From Eledone cirrhosa (taxonomy: Eukaryota), in NCBI GenBank assembly GCA_964016885.1, contig OZ024740.1:43772001-43836000 (forward strand): a stretch of 64,000 bases of DNA, read 5' to 3'. The notes below the pieces were generated by a model that made no database searches, was not told the origin of the DNA, and worked only from the letters and a program-made list of their open reading frames with translations. Both the position numbers and the translations under genes were made by a program. Below are positions 13,654-25,791 of the stretch, in pieces. Every line of letters starts with the position of its first letter. The stretch's first letter is position 1.

Positions 13654-14357
13654 CGGCGATGAATTAGTTTTGCGAGGTTTTTTATATGAAATCGTGTGTC
13701 GAAACAAATATTGTTATACTTGGGGAGGGTCATATTTGTGTAATATTGCCAGAATTAATAACAGAACACACTCACTGTTTGGTTGGTTTTCGCTTCTGTA
13801 TCTTTTATATCAGTTAATTTAATTTATTCGGTCCTCAATGTTACCATTGACTGACCAACGGTCAAAAATACAGATATAATATAGACACAAACACATATAT
13901 ATAGTCTAACAAAGTTCTTTCGTTGCACATCTGCAATATCGTCAGTGGTGCTATTATGTTTCCTCCTGTTGTATTGTATGCTTACGCCATCTTTATTTAG
14001 TCTGTTTATTTATTTATTTATTTATTTATTATTTATTTATATATATATATGTATGTATATATATACATATATATATGTGTATATATATATATACATGTAT
14101 GTGTGTGTGCATATGTATACTACTATAGATAACACTTATAAAACACGTCATCTCCAAAAGTCATCCAACTATACACTAAAGTTGTTATAATATTTCATTT
14201 ACAGTTAGGTATGGTTGCTGTCTCATTGTAACATTAGTTCCTCTTGGTCGCGCACACATCTTCATGCCCTCAGCTAAATACATCTCTTAACATTTCATCG
14301 TTCTTTTGCTAGATGCAATTATATCTATGTAGTACTGTTTCTTTATCTATCTCTGAG

Positions 14358-14496
<139 letters not shown>

Positions 14497-14512
14497 TCAA
14501 ACAAACACCACC

Positions 14513-14548
<36 letters not shown>

Positions 14549-14550
<2 letters not shown>

Positions 14551-15650
14551 AGGCGGGTAAAATTCCCGAGATCCATGGACGAGTTCTCTCCAGCGGTCTC
14601 TGTCCCTCGGTATCGCTGCCATGTCCTGCGTCTCCAACAGACCAGTGTCTGTCCTTAGGGCATCAACATACGTTAACCTTGGTATTCCTCTTCTAGTGTG
14701 TCCATGAAGGGGCTCCCACAGCAGCACTAGTGCAATGTCAACTCTGGATGTCGGTGAGCATGTCCAGCTAACCTCAGTCTCCTCTGTGTCACTTTTGAGA
14801 TGACTTTTGGGATGCTCCCATACAGCTCTGAGTTTTTCATCCTCAGTGTATACTGATTAATGTTCAGAGCCATCCTCAGCATTCTCGTGTAGCACCCACC
14901 CACCATTTGAGTGAGTTTCTTGGTCAGTGTCCAAGTCTCAGACCCATACAGCAGCACAGAAGAGGCGGATTTTCAGGTCTTCACGAAGGTCCGACTTCCA
15001 TACCGATCTCAGGATTTGCTCTTCCACCACCACATCATCTTCCGTATTCCCAATTTTTCTCCTAAATACAGGAAGCCCTCAACCAATTCTAGCGGCTTCC
15101 CGCCTACATTAGTGATCCCCTCTGGCTTCTCAACATCCTCTACCAGATATTTTGTTTTAGTCTCATTCATTCTCAGCCCCACACTCATCGACACAGTCTC
15201 AACCTCTCGCATCAAATCCTCTGCCTCCTTCACTGTATTTGTCACCAAAACTATGTCGTCGGCAAATTCAGCATCCGATACCTTTTTCGCCTTAACTCTT
15301 CTGCTCTGAGCCAGTGCTACAGTAAAGCCAGAGTCCTGGTGTTTCTCCAGTGCAAGGGGCATACAATAGTCCACTACGATGATAAAAAGGTAGGGAGCCA
15401 ATGTATCTCCCTGGAGCACTCCAGCCAGTATCTCAAAGAACTCTGTCATCCCATCAGGTGTAATGAGTTGGGCTTTGGTGTTGGTGTAGAGCAGTGATAT
15501 CAGGTCCACTATCTTCTTGGGGATTCCATAAGCCTGTAAGATCTTCATTAGGCAGTAACGGTCCACAGAATCAAAGGCCTTCCTAAAGTCAATGAAAACC
15601 ATGACCGCAGGAAGGCACTTTGCTCTAGCTCCCTCTAATATCCAGCGTGT
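14549..15650 (-). mobile_element. RTE-clade LINE, 5'-truncated (RT domain plus C-terminus), frameshifted
   Basis: FIDFRKAFDSV, GVLQGDTLAPYLF, EFADDIVL, LLYGSETWTL, RLRLAGH and [14 protein letters not shown] motifs. The 3' end runs into (TA)n. Confidence 0.92.
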
Positions 15651-15807
15651 CACTTCTGTGAGTGGCTTTGGGCTGCCCTTTCTAGCAGTTCGTCCCTTAG
15701 AGGCCACTGGTTCACTGCCCTTAAACACGCTGTGACTTCTCTCTCCCACGTGTAGCTGGACAGTCAAATTAAAAATTATCTTAGTGTTGTCTGAAATGTA
15801 TAGCCTT

Positions 15808-15901
15808 ACACACGCTGATGAACCGAGGCTAACCCATTTCTTTCAACAAATTATTGGTGAAACATATCTTTGGATTAGTGTCTTTGGATTTGTACGTGTG
15901 T
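15808..15901 (+). ncRNA. Type-I hammerhead ribozyme with intact core
   Basis: acacacg-CTGATGA-accga...ttggt-GAAAC-atatc...gattt-GTA-cgtgtgt: 7-bp stem I, GUA site. Confidence 0.75.
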
Positions 15902-16061
15902 TATATAGTTATAGAGGTATTTATTTACGCTTTAATTTATATTTTTAATTATCGTGTCTATAGTCTGCCTTTCATAGGTTATAGATTCCATACACTGGTG
16001 GTTTTTTTCCTGTTTTATTGATAACGCACTGTATATCTCTCTCTCTGGTGTGTTACCTTTT

Positions 16062-16088
<27 letters not shown>

Positions 16089-16112
<24 letters not shown>

Positions 16113-16208
16113 AAAAGAGTCAGGGCCCCATCGGCTGAGCTCCAGTCGTTTCGACAGCTAGATCCTACCCTAAGTATCGAGTACTCTGGTGCGTTACCAC
16201 ACTTTCTT

Positions 16209-16213
<5 letters not shown>
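16089..16213. mobile_element. Fold-back family A copy with deleted centre
   Basis: Inverted proximal part joined to the distal taccctaagtatcgagtactctggtgcgtt segment; (TA)n on both sides. Confidence 0.7.
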
Positions 16214-16244
<31 letters not shown>

Positions 16245-16762
16245 TTCAAGAGTAAACCAATCTTAAAGAGAGAGATAGAGATAGGAGAGGAGAAGAGAGA
16301 TTGGTGAATTAGTTAGAGGCCAAAAGCGTAAAGGCATGTGCTCAATGTGCAATATGCAGTGGAAGGCAGCTAGATGGTTTGGTACATGCTAGATGAAGTG
16401 GTCCATTTTTACCTAAGTTAATTATCTTCATCTGAACCAGATCAATAATGATCTATAATCATTTGATCCAGAAACATCATATGGAGTAGCGAAACAATTG
16501 TAAACGGACATTATTAGTATTATTATTATTCTTTACATTCCTTACATTAAACTAAAACTATGTTGACAGTCTTTTAATAATGACTTCCTTGTGAAATGTG
16601 TGGTCTTGTTTTGCTTAACTAATGAATATATATATATATATATATGTTCAATTAACACTTAACATTTAATATTCCACCATACTATTTCATTCTAATACCA
16701 TTATAAATTTTAAAGGATTGTAAATAAAACGAGTAAATCAGACAAAGTTGGAATTCCTTTTA

Positions 16763-16769
<7 letters not shown>

Positions 16770-16796
<27 letters not shown>

Positions 16797-16798
16797 CG

Positions 16799-16841
<43 letters not shown>

Positions 16842-17056
16842 TATTTATTATTATAATATAACTTATGTGTATGTGTGTATATGTGAGGGTGTGTATGTGT
16901 GTATATATATGTGTATATATATGTGTAAAAAAATATATATGTGCATGTCTGTTTTTTATGTGTGTGTATATATATATATGTGTATATATATGTATATGTG
17001 GGTGTTTGTATGTGTATTTATGGTTGTATGTGTGTGTGGGTATATATGTATAAGTG

Positions 17057-17093
<37 letters not shown>

Positions 17094-17420
17094 ATATATA
17101 TCTCTATTAATGCGTGTATATATGTATATGTATATGCCTTTTTCTTTGTATGTCTGAGTTGGGTGAGGGTGTAGTGGTGTTTCTATGTATATACGCATAT
17201 ATGGATGCGTATGTATTTGTATATATGAGTATATGTAAGTGCGTATGTATGTATGATTATATATCTAATTCTATGTATGAGTATATATGTGTGTATGTAT
17301 GTTGTGTGTGTATGTATGTATATGTCTATGTGTGTATATATATATGTATGTATGTGTGTGTATGTATCTAAGTATGTGTATGTATGTACATGTATGTCTA
17401 TGTATGTGTGTATGTATATG

Positions 17421-17467
<47 letters not shown>

Positions 17468-17666
17468 CTTTATTTTTTATATATATGTGTGTGTGTGTAT
17501 GTGTGTGTGTGTGTATATATATCTTTATATATGTGTATGTGTATGTTCGTGTAGGTGTATGTGTGTGTATGACTATATATGTATGTGTGTATGTGTGTAT
17601 GTGTGTATATACATCTATGTGTGTGTACATGTATGTATGTGTATGTATGTGTATGTGTGTATATGT

Positions 17667-17740
<74 letters not shown>

Positions 17741-18043
17741 GTATATGTTTCTCTATTTGTATATATATATGTGTATAGGTATATACCTTTTTCTTTGTAT
17801 GTCTGTGTTGTGTGAGAGTGTAGTGGTGTTTGTATGTATATACCGATATATAGATGCGTAAGTATTTGTCTGTATGTATGTATGTATGTCTGTATGTATT
17901 TGTGTGTGTCTATATATGTATATATGTGTATATCTGTATGTATATAAGTATGTAAGTGTATGTATATGTGCGTGTATGTGTGTATATATATGTGTGTCTA
18001 TATAGTATGTGTGATTATATGGGTATGTATGTGTGTATATATG

Positions 18044-18100
<57 letters not shown>

Positions 18101-18248
18101 ATTTATATGTATGTGTGTATATGTATGTATGTGTGTATATGTATATGTTTATATATGTGTGTGTATGTATGTTCTAAGTGTGGATGTGTGTATATGTATG
18201 TATGTGTTTGTATATGTGTATATGTATATGTATGTGTGTATATATGTG

Positions 18249-18290
<42 letters not shown>
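16770..18290. repeat. Cryptic (TG/TA) low-complexity satellite with an internal ~90-bp duplicated island
   Basis: Direct reading; 17137-17220 resembles 17786-17870. Confidence 0.9.
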
Positions 18291-18294
<4 letters not shown>

Positions 18295-18921
18295 CTTGAT
18301 ATATTTCTTTTTTCTTTTTTCTTTTTCTTTTCTTTCCTTTTTAATGTTTATTTATTATTTATTATTTTTTATTTTCTTAGTTTATAGATACATCTATATT
18401 AAGCAGTCTGCCCAAACCGTTGAATACTGACCTCTCCCCCCCTCCCACCTAATTTCTGTATCTTGATCTAAATGTGTGTGCCAGTGTTTATGTGAGTGAA
18501 TTAATATCCATGTGCTTAGGATTTTATATCCACATATATATATGTGAGTGGGGGTGTTTGTGTGTTTGTATGTTCGTGGTTATGTGTATGTTTATGCATA
18601 TACGCGCGTGTGTGTGTGATTGTACGGATATGTGTAGGGATGAGAATGCGTGTATACACTTATTTCATATTTATGTGTCTATACGCATCTTATCTGTGCA
18701 TTATAAACTTACAGAGACATTAACCTTGAAATTTTGTATTTGCATCCATCCTTTTGATATGCGTATACAAGTTGTGCATACATTTTTGTAAAATATGTGT
18801 AAGGGTAGTTACATGTATATACACACACCGAACTGCATTAAACCTTTTGTATTTTCATTGGTCAATTTTGTTCCCAAACGGACCTGAAATTTTGAATTGT
18901 TGTTATTATCAATAAATATAT

Positions 18922-19075
18922 TTCATTATTTCTGAAGACGGCGTATATATGTGTTGGTATGTATATTTAATCTTGATAGTTTGTATAATTTTGTATAATT
19001 TTGTACATAGATCTGTTGAATATGCATGCCAATTCTAACACATATATATCCTAGAAACGATCGTTAAATAATGAA
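18922..19075 (+). ncRNA. Hammerhead ribozyme with extended stem II
   Basis: ttcattattt-CTGAAGA-[tatatatgtgttgg...ctaacacatatata]-GAAAC-gatc-GTT-aaataatgaa: 10-bp perfect stem I and palindromic AACGATCGTT. Confidence 0.75.
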
Positions 19076-19128
19076 CTTTTTTTGTTTAATATAAGGAACT
19101 GTTTCATTGTTTATTCATTATTTGTTTA

Positions 19129-19187
<59 letters not shown>

Positions 19188-19486
19188 CTATTGTCGTTAA
19201 TCGTCTTAACTTCAAAGTAAACAAATTTATACTCAGTCAATGTTGTCCGCGAACTCAAATAACAGCAGTCCATAATGTTACACACAGTTCCATATATCAG
19301 ATACATACTCTACAAGACATAAAATAAAAACCAATCATATTTTTCAAAGTCCACACAAACAGTCAAAGAATAGAAAGATCTAAACTGCACCAAATACCAC
19401 TGATACGGGATGTCAAACTTCATCAGGCTACTACTTTCGTATTAGGTACTTCCTATCTACTTATCTATCAATCTTTCTCTCTCTCT

Positions 19487-19526
<40 letters not shown>

Positions 19527-19527
19527 G

Positions 19528-19558
<31 letters not shown>

Positions 19559-20201
19559 AATATGAAAACATGGCGGGCTGCGTGGTTGCAAATGGGTTAC
19601 ATATGAATAAATTTAGTTCTTCATCAGTGATCTTCTAGCCTTCATTGGTATGTCATCGCTTTAAAGACCATATACCTCTGGTTGGTGCGAGCAACCGCTA
19701 AAGAAAGTCGTTGGGACACGTAAATAGGGGGAACGAGCGAGAAACACATTTGCAACCATGCAGCACGCCATGTTTTCATATTTTTCATATATATTTTCCT
19801 CCGCTAGGACCTGTCTGTTTCTTTCTTACTGTTTCCACTTTTCTCTGTATCTCTCACTTCCGTTTACCCCCTCTGCCAGTCACTCTCTCTGTTAGCCTCT
19901 TCCTCACACTTTCACTCACTCACTCTCTGCTACTCCCTCTCCTACTTCCTCCCGTTTGACCTGTGCGAAATTCTTTCCTTACTCACACTTCGACCAGGTC
20001 GGATGGTCTTTATTCTCTCTCTTCTACGATTTCGCAGAACTTATGTTCATCGATTTCAGGGACTTGACTCCTTCTTCCTCACTTTTCGTTGCATTACCAT
20101 CTTTGTTTGTTTACTGTCTCGCTCGTTCCCCCTATTTACGTGTGCCAACGACTTTCTTTAGCCGTTGCTCGCACCAACCAGAGGTATATGTATATATATA
20201 T

Positions 20202-21072
20202 ATACAAATGTTAGTACAGCATCAACGAAGCTTTTGGCTGCGGCCAAGCTAACGAATGCAGATTCGAAATGCAACTTAGCACTCGATGGAGAATATTACC
20301 CCAGAGTTATAACAATACGTTTAGACAGCTTTTCAAATCAAATATAGTGACCGACAGTCTGGCCGCATTGCCATAGCAACGAAAAAAACTGAACTCAGGA
20401 AAAGATTTTGACTGACCTGGACCATCGCGTGGACATCGAATGCAACACATAACGCATAACGTATAGCATACAATATACATCACATATAACATACAACATC
20501 CACGCTAAGTTTCTGTAAATCCGAGATCGACAAATTCCGCTTGCATGGGTCTGCAAGTTAATGGCCTTTGACGACAGAACAAAGGATTTACTTCGTCAAC
20601 AAGTCTTGCGTTCTATAGCCTCGGCGGGTGTATTTTCTAGCAGTAATTTTCGCTATAGACACGTGGTTTTCCCAAAGGGAGTTAACCCCCGTTTTGGCGG
20701 TCAATTCGAAATTTGGGACAAAGGAATGAAATTCCCTTAGACAAACCTAATTAAGCACTCAACCAGAAGTTATCAAACAAACAAACAATTAATCAATCAA
20801 TAGAATTGTCTAATTAAATTAATCAGTTAATCGTTAATTCTAGGAGTTAAAAATACAAATTTTAGTACAGCATCAACGAAGCTTTTGACTGCGGCCAAGC
20901 TAACGAATGCAGATTCGGAATGCAGCTTAGCACTCGATGGAGAATATTACCCCAGAGTTATAACAATACGTTTAGACAGCTTTGCAAATCAAATATAGCG
21001 ACCGACAGTCTGGCCGCATTGCCATAGCAACGATAAAAACTGAACTCAGGAACAGATTTTGACTGACCTGGA

Positions 21073-21073
<1 letters not shown>
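20202..21073 (-). mobile_element. Non-coding repeat family B, ~651-bp unit with ~220-bp terminal direct repeat
   Basis: 20202-20422 is nearly identical to 20853-21073. Diverged homolog at 43978-44633 in the opposite orientation. Flanked by (TA)n. Confidence 0.75.
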
Positions 21074-21117
<44 letters not shown>

Positions 21118-21527
21118 ATAAAGAAATACACAGATACATGTGAATACATACATATACATGCATATACGCACATATATCCCTGAATTGTTGTGGTGCCAAC
21201 CTTAACCGTTGTTGCTCTATGATTAATAGGGACAAAATAATCTGAATGAATTAGATTGACTCTATATCAGAGCTATATAGTACATTGTAAAGAAAGAAGA
21301 AACATTAGACATAAATAAAAAAATATATAAATACCCAATATTCCTCTACAATCTCGACTGCTCAGTTTCGTGGCTACTTTGCAAAAACACTACATCATAG
21401 AGATGCAGTATTTCTGTGAGGTTAGCCAACTAATGTTTCTTATTTCTGCGCAGTCGAAAATGTAGAGTAATATTGGGTATTTATATTTTTTTTGTTTATG
21501 TCTAATGTTTCTTCTTTCTTTATAATG

Positions 21528-21580
<53 letters not shown>

Positions 21581-21581
<1 letters not shown>

Positions 21582-21978
21582 TAGCAGAGGTACCGGCGTT
21601 GCTCGGGTATTAAATAGCAGTTGTGTATACCATTTATGTCAATACTTCAGTGCTGCTTCGAAAACTATATTTTTACAAAATCGGCTTTTTCCAAAAGGGG
21701 GTTGCTGCCCCCAGGGGTCCCCTACTCAATATGTGCCAATTCTGAGAGTTCACATTCATCTGTAGGTCAAACGTAGCCCATGTGTCAAGTTTTGTGAAAA
21801 TCGGTTGCGAACTCCAGAAGTTATTACGTTTTGTGGCATTGCACTGCAGTGCTTCAGTCAACTCCAAGAAAGTGGTTAAAGGAAAAATGAAAATGCCCAT
21901 GACCATCCGGAGTACATAAGTAACCGACGTCTTAAGTTTGGTGAAAATACTGTAGAAATGCATAAGGTTTATACATAC

Positions 21979-22069
<91 letters not shown>

Positions 22070-22680
22070 TGTATGTGTGTGTGTGTGTTTGTGGGTGTGT
22101 ATGTATTTGTGTGTGCGTATGTATGTGTATGTCCGTCGGGGCATACGTATGTACTGGCCTAAATCTTCACTATTTACTTTTACTATTTTAATAACCTCTG
22201 TCATTTTGGTTTTTAATTTTATTTACACCATTCTTAAACTCCGGGGCTGGAAATCATTCTGTTATTTTAAATAGAATATTAGTCTAACAACTCCATTTAT
22301 ACCATAAACTTGGACATGTCTTTGTTCTTCTCGCTCCACCTAACGACGTATTATCCTCGCTTTTTTCCCGTTCATTGCCAGGGAACGTCTTCACGAACCA
22401 AAATATCGTCTTCCTGTTTTCGTTCGGTTGCAACGTTTCTCGAAATATTTACTTCCGCGTTTACAGATTACTCTCAGTTCAATTTGAATGGAAAATTCCT
22501 GTTTCATCGATTTTCTCCGTAACCATCGAAGCTTGTAGCTTGAAAGTCGACCCAACGCATCCTCGGGTCATTCTGCTTAACTGTATAAATTTTCGCTGCA
22601 TTCCACCAAGCCATTTCGACATTTATCTGACTACACCTACTTACTTAAATATACAACGTCCGACCACTTCCAATTTATAT
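21581..22680. mobile_element. Non-autonomous Helitron pieces (minus-strand 3' end at 21581; plus-strand segment shared with 1200-1345)
   Basis: Minus strand CCCGAGCAACGCCGGTACCTCTGCTAG|T; internal AAGTTT.GTGAAAAT repeats; (GT)n at 21981-22065. Confidence 0.7.
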
Positions 22681-22681
22681 A

Positions 22682-22793
<112 letters not shown>

Positions 22794-23417
22794 ATACACG
22801 GGTGTGTATGATTGTGTATAGAATATTATATTAATAAAAGGAATTCCAACTTTGTCTGATTTACTCGTTTTATTTACAATCCTTTAAAATTTATATATAT
22901 ATATATATAATAGATGTGATTACTAGTGATATTTTGACAAGTGAACCACTGAAACTAAATAGCTATCCTAAAGGATTAATTAAATTTTGTTCATTCCTCA
23001 AACCGATGAAATCAGGCCGGTATTCGGCATTTGCAAATAGAAATGAAAATTGATATATTTCAATAATATTCCCTTAGGAATATTATATACAATAAAGTTA
23101 TCTTACTCGAACAGGTCATCTACATCGATATAATAAAGAAATCTATGACCACATCATGGCCGAATAGTTAAAAAGACCTGCAATGATAAAGCCTATGTTC
23201 GATCCCACTTCGTGACATTTTAGGCAGGTATCTTTATTTTAGTCTTGAGTCGATCTCATTTCTCTTGAGTGGAATTGAATAGATGGTAATTGCTTGGAGA
23301 TCAGACACTTACACGTATTTTACAACCTGGTCCATTCTAATCCCATTATAATGAGTTCTACTATAGGCACAAAGCCAGAATTTTTGGGGAAGCGAAAGTT
23401 GATTAAATCGACCTCAG

Positions 23418-23645
23418 GTAAAGGCGCAGGTTAGAGCAGTGGGCTTGCAATCAAACGGTTGTGAGTTCAATTCTCGGACCGGGTGAGCAAGACACTTTAT
23501 TGCACATTGTTCCAGTTTACTCAGCTGTAAAAATGAGATGATAGGACTGAGGTCCCTATCATTAAATACCCCAAGACACCTCCAACGAGATTTACCTTGG
23601 AGGAGGCCAGCTGAAGCTGCATACGTGTGAGCTGTCACAAACACA
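23418..23645 (+). mobile_element. tRNA-derived SINE family 2 (CORE-like), nested in a family-1 SINE
   Basis: B box GAGTTCAATTCT; GAGCAAGACACTTT..CCAGTTTACTCAGCTGTAAAAATG core. Paralog of 61038-61307. Confidence 0.85.
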
Positions 23646-23689
23646 GTGAATCACTGGTGCTTTATTTTATTGACCCCGGTAAATGCATG

Positions 23690-24951
23690 TCTTAAGGCTT
23701 CACCATTGTGTCGACAAGTGACATCATTAAGACTAACTACCAACATGCGTGCAAGGTTGCATAGGGACACTCTGTCATCAACATTTTCTGGAGACATTCT
23801 TACAATAGGAGATGGTAACCTACCTCCGGATACAGATGGACACATAGCAATTAATCACATCTGCAATGTAGTTGAAACTTTCGATGATCTCAAGGCGAGT
23901 GTATTCCCGAACTTGCGTGCTAACTATACGAATCTTGATTGGCTATGCGAAAGAGCCATTCTTGCACCCAAAAATATCACGGTTAGCTGTATTAACGATC
24001 AACTTCTTCAGCTTCTTCTTGGATGTCCACGGATATATAAATCTATTGATACTGTATGTGATCCACAGGATGCGGTCAATTATCCAGTTGAATTTCTAAA
24101 TTCTTTAAATCCTCCCGGTTTACCTCCTAATACATTGGTTCTGAAAGAGGGAACGCCAGTTATTTTGCTGAGAAATATCACTCCTCCAAAACTATGCAAT
24201 GGTACACGCCTTGTGGTTAAAAAACTGTTTCCACTTAGTATTGACGCTACCATTATATCCGGATGTGGAAAAGGTGAGGATGTGATAATAACAAAAATTA
24301 GCCTGACTACATCAGGCGTGGATAGTCCCTCCTTTCGCCGAACCCAATTCCCCCTTCGTGTTGCCTTTGCGATGTCCATAAACAAGTCGCAAGGTCAAAC
24401 TCTGTCCGTCGCTGGAATTCAATTGGATGAACGTTGCTTTTCGCACGGACAATTCTACATTGCCTGCTGACGAGTTGGCAGTAGAGATAATCTCTTTGCG
24501 TTTGTTCCGAAAAGAAAAACAAAGAATACCAATGAATATGTCATGCAGGATATTTTGGATTATAAGTTCAAAATTTAACCATACACAGCAAAGGATGCTC
24601 TCAAAGAATAGATTTTTTCTTATTCTACTCTCATTGTTTTTTTGTTTGTATACAACTCTGCTTTCATTACAACTTTTTGTACTTTAGCAAAACTGCCTGT
24701 TTTTTTTTTACAGATTTGCAACGTGTATTGTCTTTAATCATTTGTATAACTACATTCTGTTCAGTGTTTTCCTTCATTATCAGCATAGTTTTATGTGTAC
24801 AAAGATTGCACTAAATATTCGTTTGCATTATTTATTGAAGACTTCTGCTTATTTTGACAAGTTGGGGACAAATAATGTTCTTCTTTTACTTCCTAGCTGT
24901 ATATTCTTAGCATAATTTCAAACTCCGGGCAACGCCGGGTAAATCTGCTAG
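23690..24951 (+). mobile_element. Helitron 3' fragment: PIF1-family helicase C-terminus, 3' UTR, hairpin and CTAG end
   Basis: LTTNMR, IGDG, RAILAPKN, YPVEFLNSL, LLRN..PPKLCNGTRL, FRRTQFPLRVAFAMSINKSQGQTL and CFSHGQFY motifs. Premature TGA at 24470. CCGGGCAACGCCGGG hairpin then CTAG (24948-24951)|T. Confidence 0.93.
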
Positions 24952-25791
24952 TATATATATATATTATAAGAACAGATTAAAATTTAAGCCAAGAATCTCT
25001 GCTTTCACCCTTAACGGAATCTTCTGAATAATATTTTATATATATATATATACACACACACACGATCTATATTATAATTCTGCGTTTTGTGAATAATCAT
25101 TGTATGTTTTGAAGAGTTTAGAATAATATTTATTTCACCATACATACGGTGTTTCAAAGGCATTTAAAACGTGGTTGAGTCCATTCCCTCTTCATGTCTG
25201 AATACAGCAGATTTCTTCCAGAGTAGAGAGTGAAAGAAAGGAAGAGAGAAAGAGATATTGAGGAAGAATCGACCACGGTACTTGAATGGTAGATTTTTAT
25301 CGACGTTGACCGCAGCATGATTTGAACTCAGAAAGTGGATAACCGGAACGTCTACTGCCAAGCATTCTTCAAACGCTTTAACGATCCTGCCAGTTCATTG
25401 GCTAATTTTGAATAATACCGAGGGAATATGTATTATATGTTTGAAGTGTTTAGTATAATATTTCGTTCTGTATATATATTAAGTCTTTATAGCAAGAAAT
25501 GCGGTTGCAAGCTGTTTGAGAACGGATGCGCAGATATAAAGCACGGATCAGACAGGAACAGTGAGAAGAATTAATAAAGGTAATAAATTTGATATCAAGA
25601 TGCAATGGAATTGAAAGTAATCACATAAATATAAATATTCTGTATATTTTCCATATAGTTTTGTGTAAATTAATTGGATATAATGTAAAGTAATTAAAAT
25701 AAAATATTACGTAATAAGGAATACGCAATTGTATATTGATTCTGCAGCTTCAATAGAAGTAAAAGTAACGAATAATATATATAGAGAGAGA

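Larger units (their letters stand above)
12908..13740 (+). mobile_element. Fold-back PLE-end-like repeat containing an HHR
   Basis: 12908-13060 is an inverted copy of 13125-13282; 13650-13735 is an inverted copy of 13258-13340. Confidence 0.65.

Noticed and set aside
23646-24470. Host PIF1 helicase gene
   Set aside because: Intronless, 5'-truncated, prematurely terminated and followed by a Helitron hairpin-CTAG end, so it is transposon-derived.
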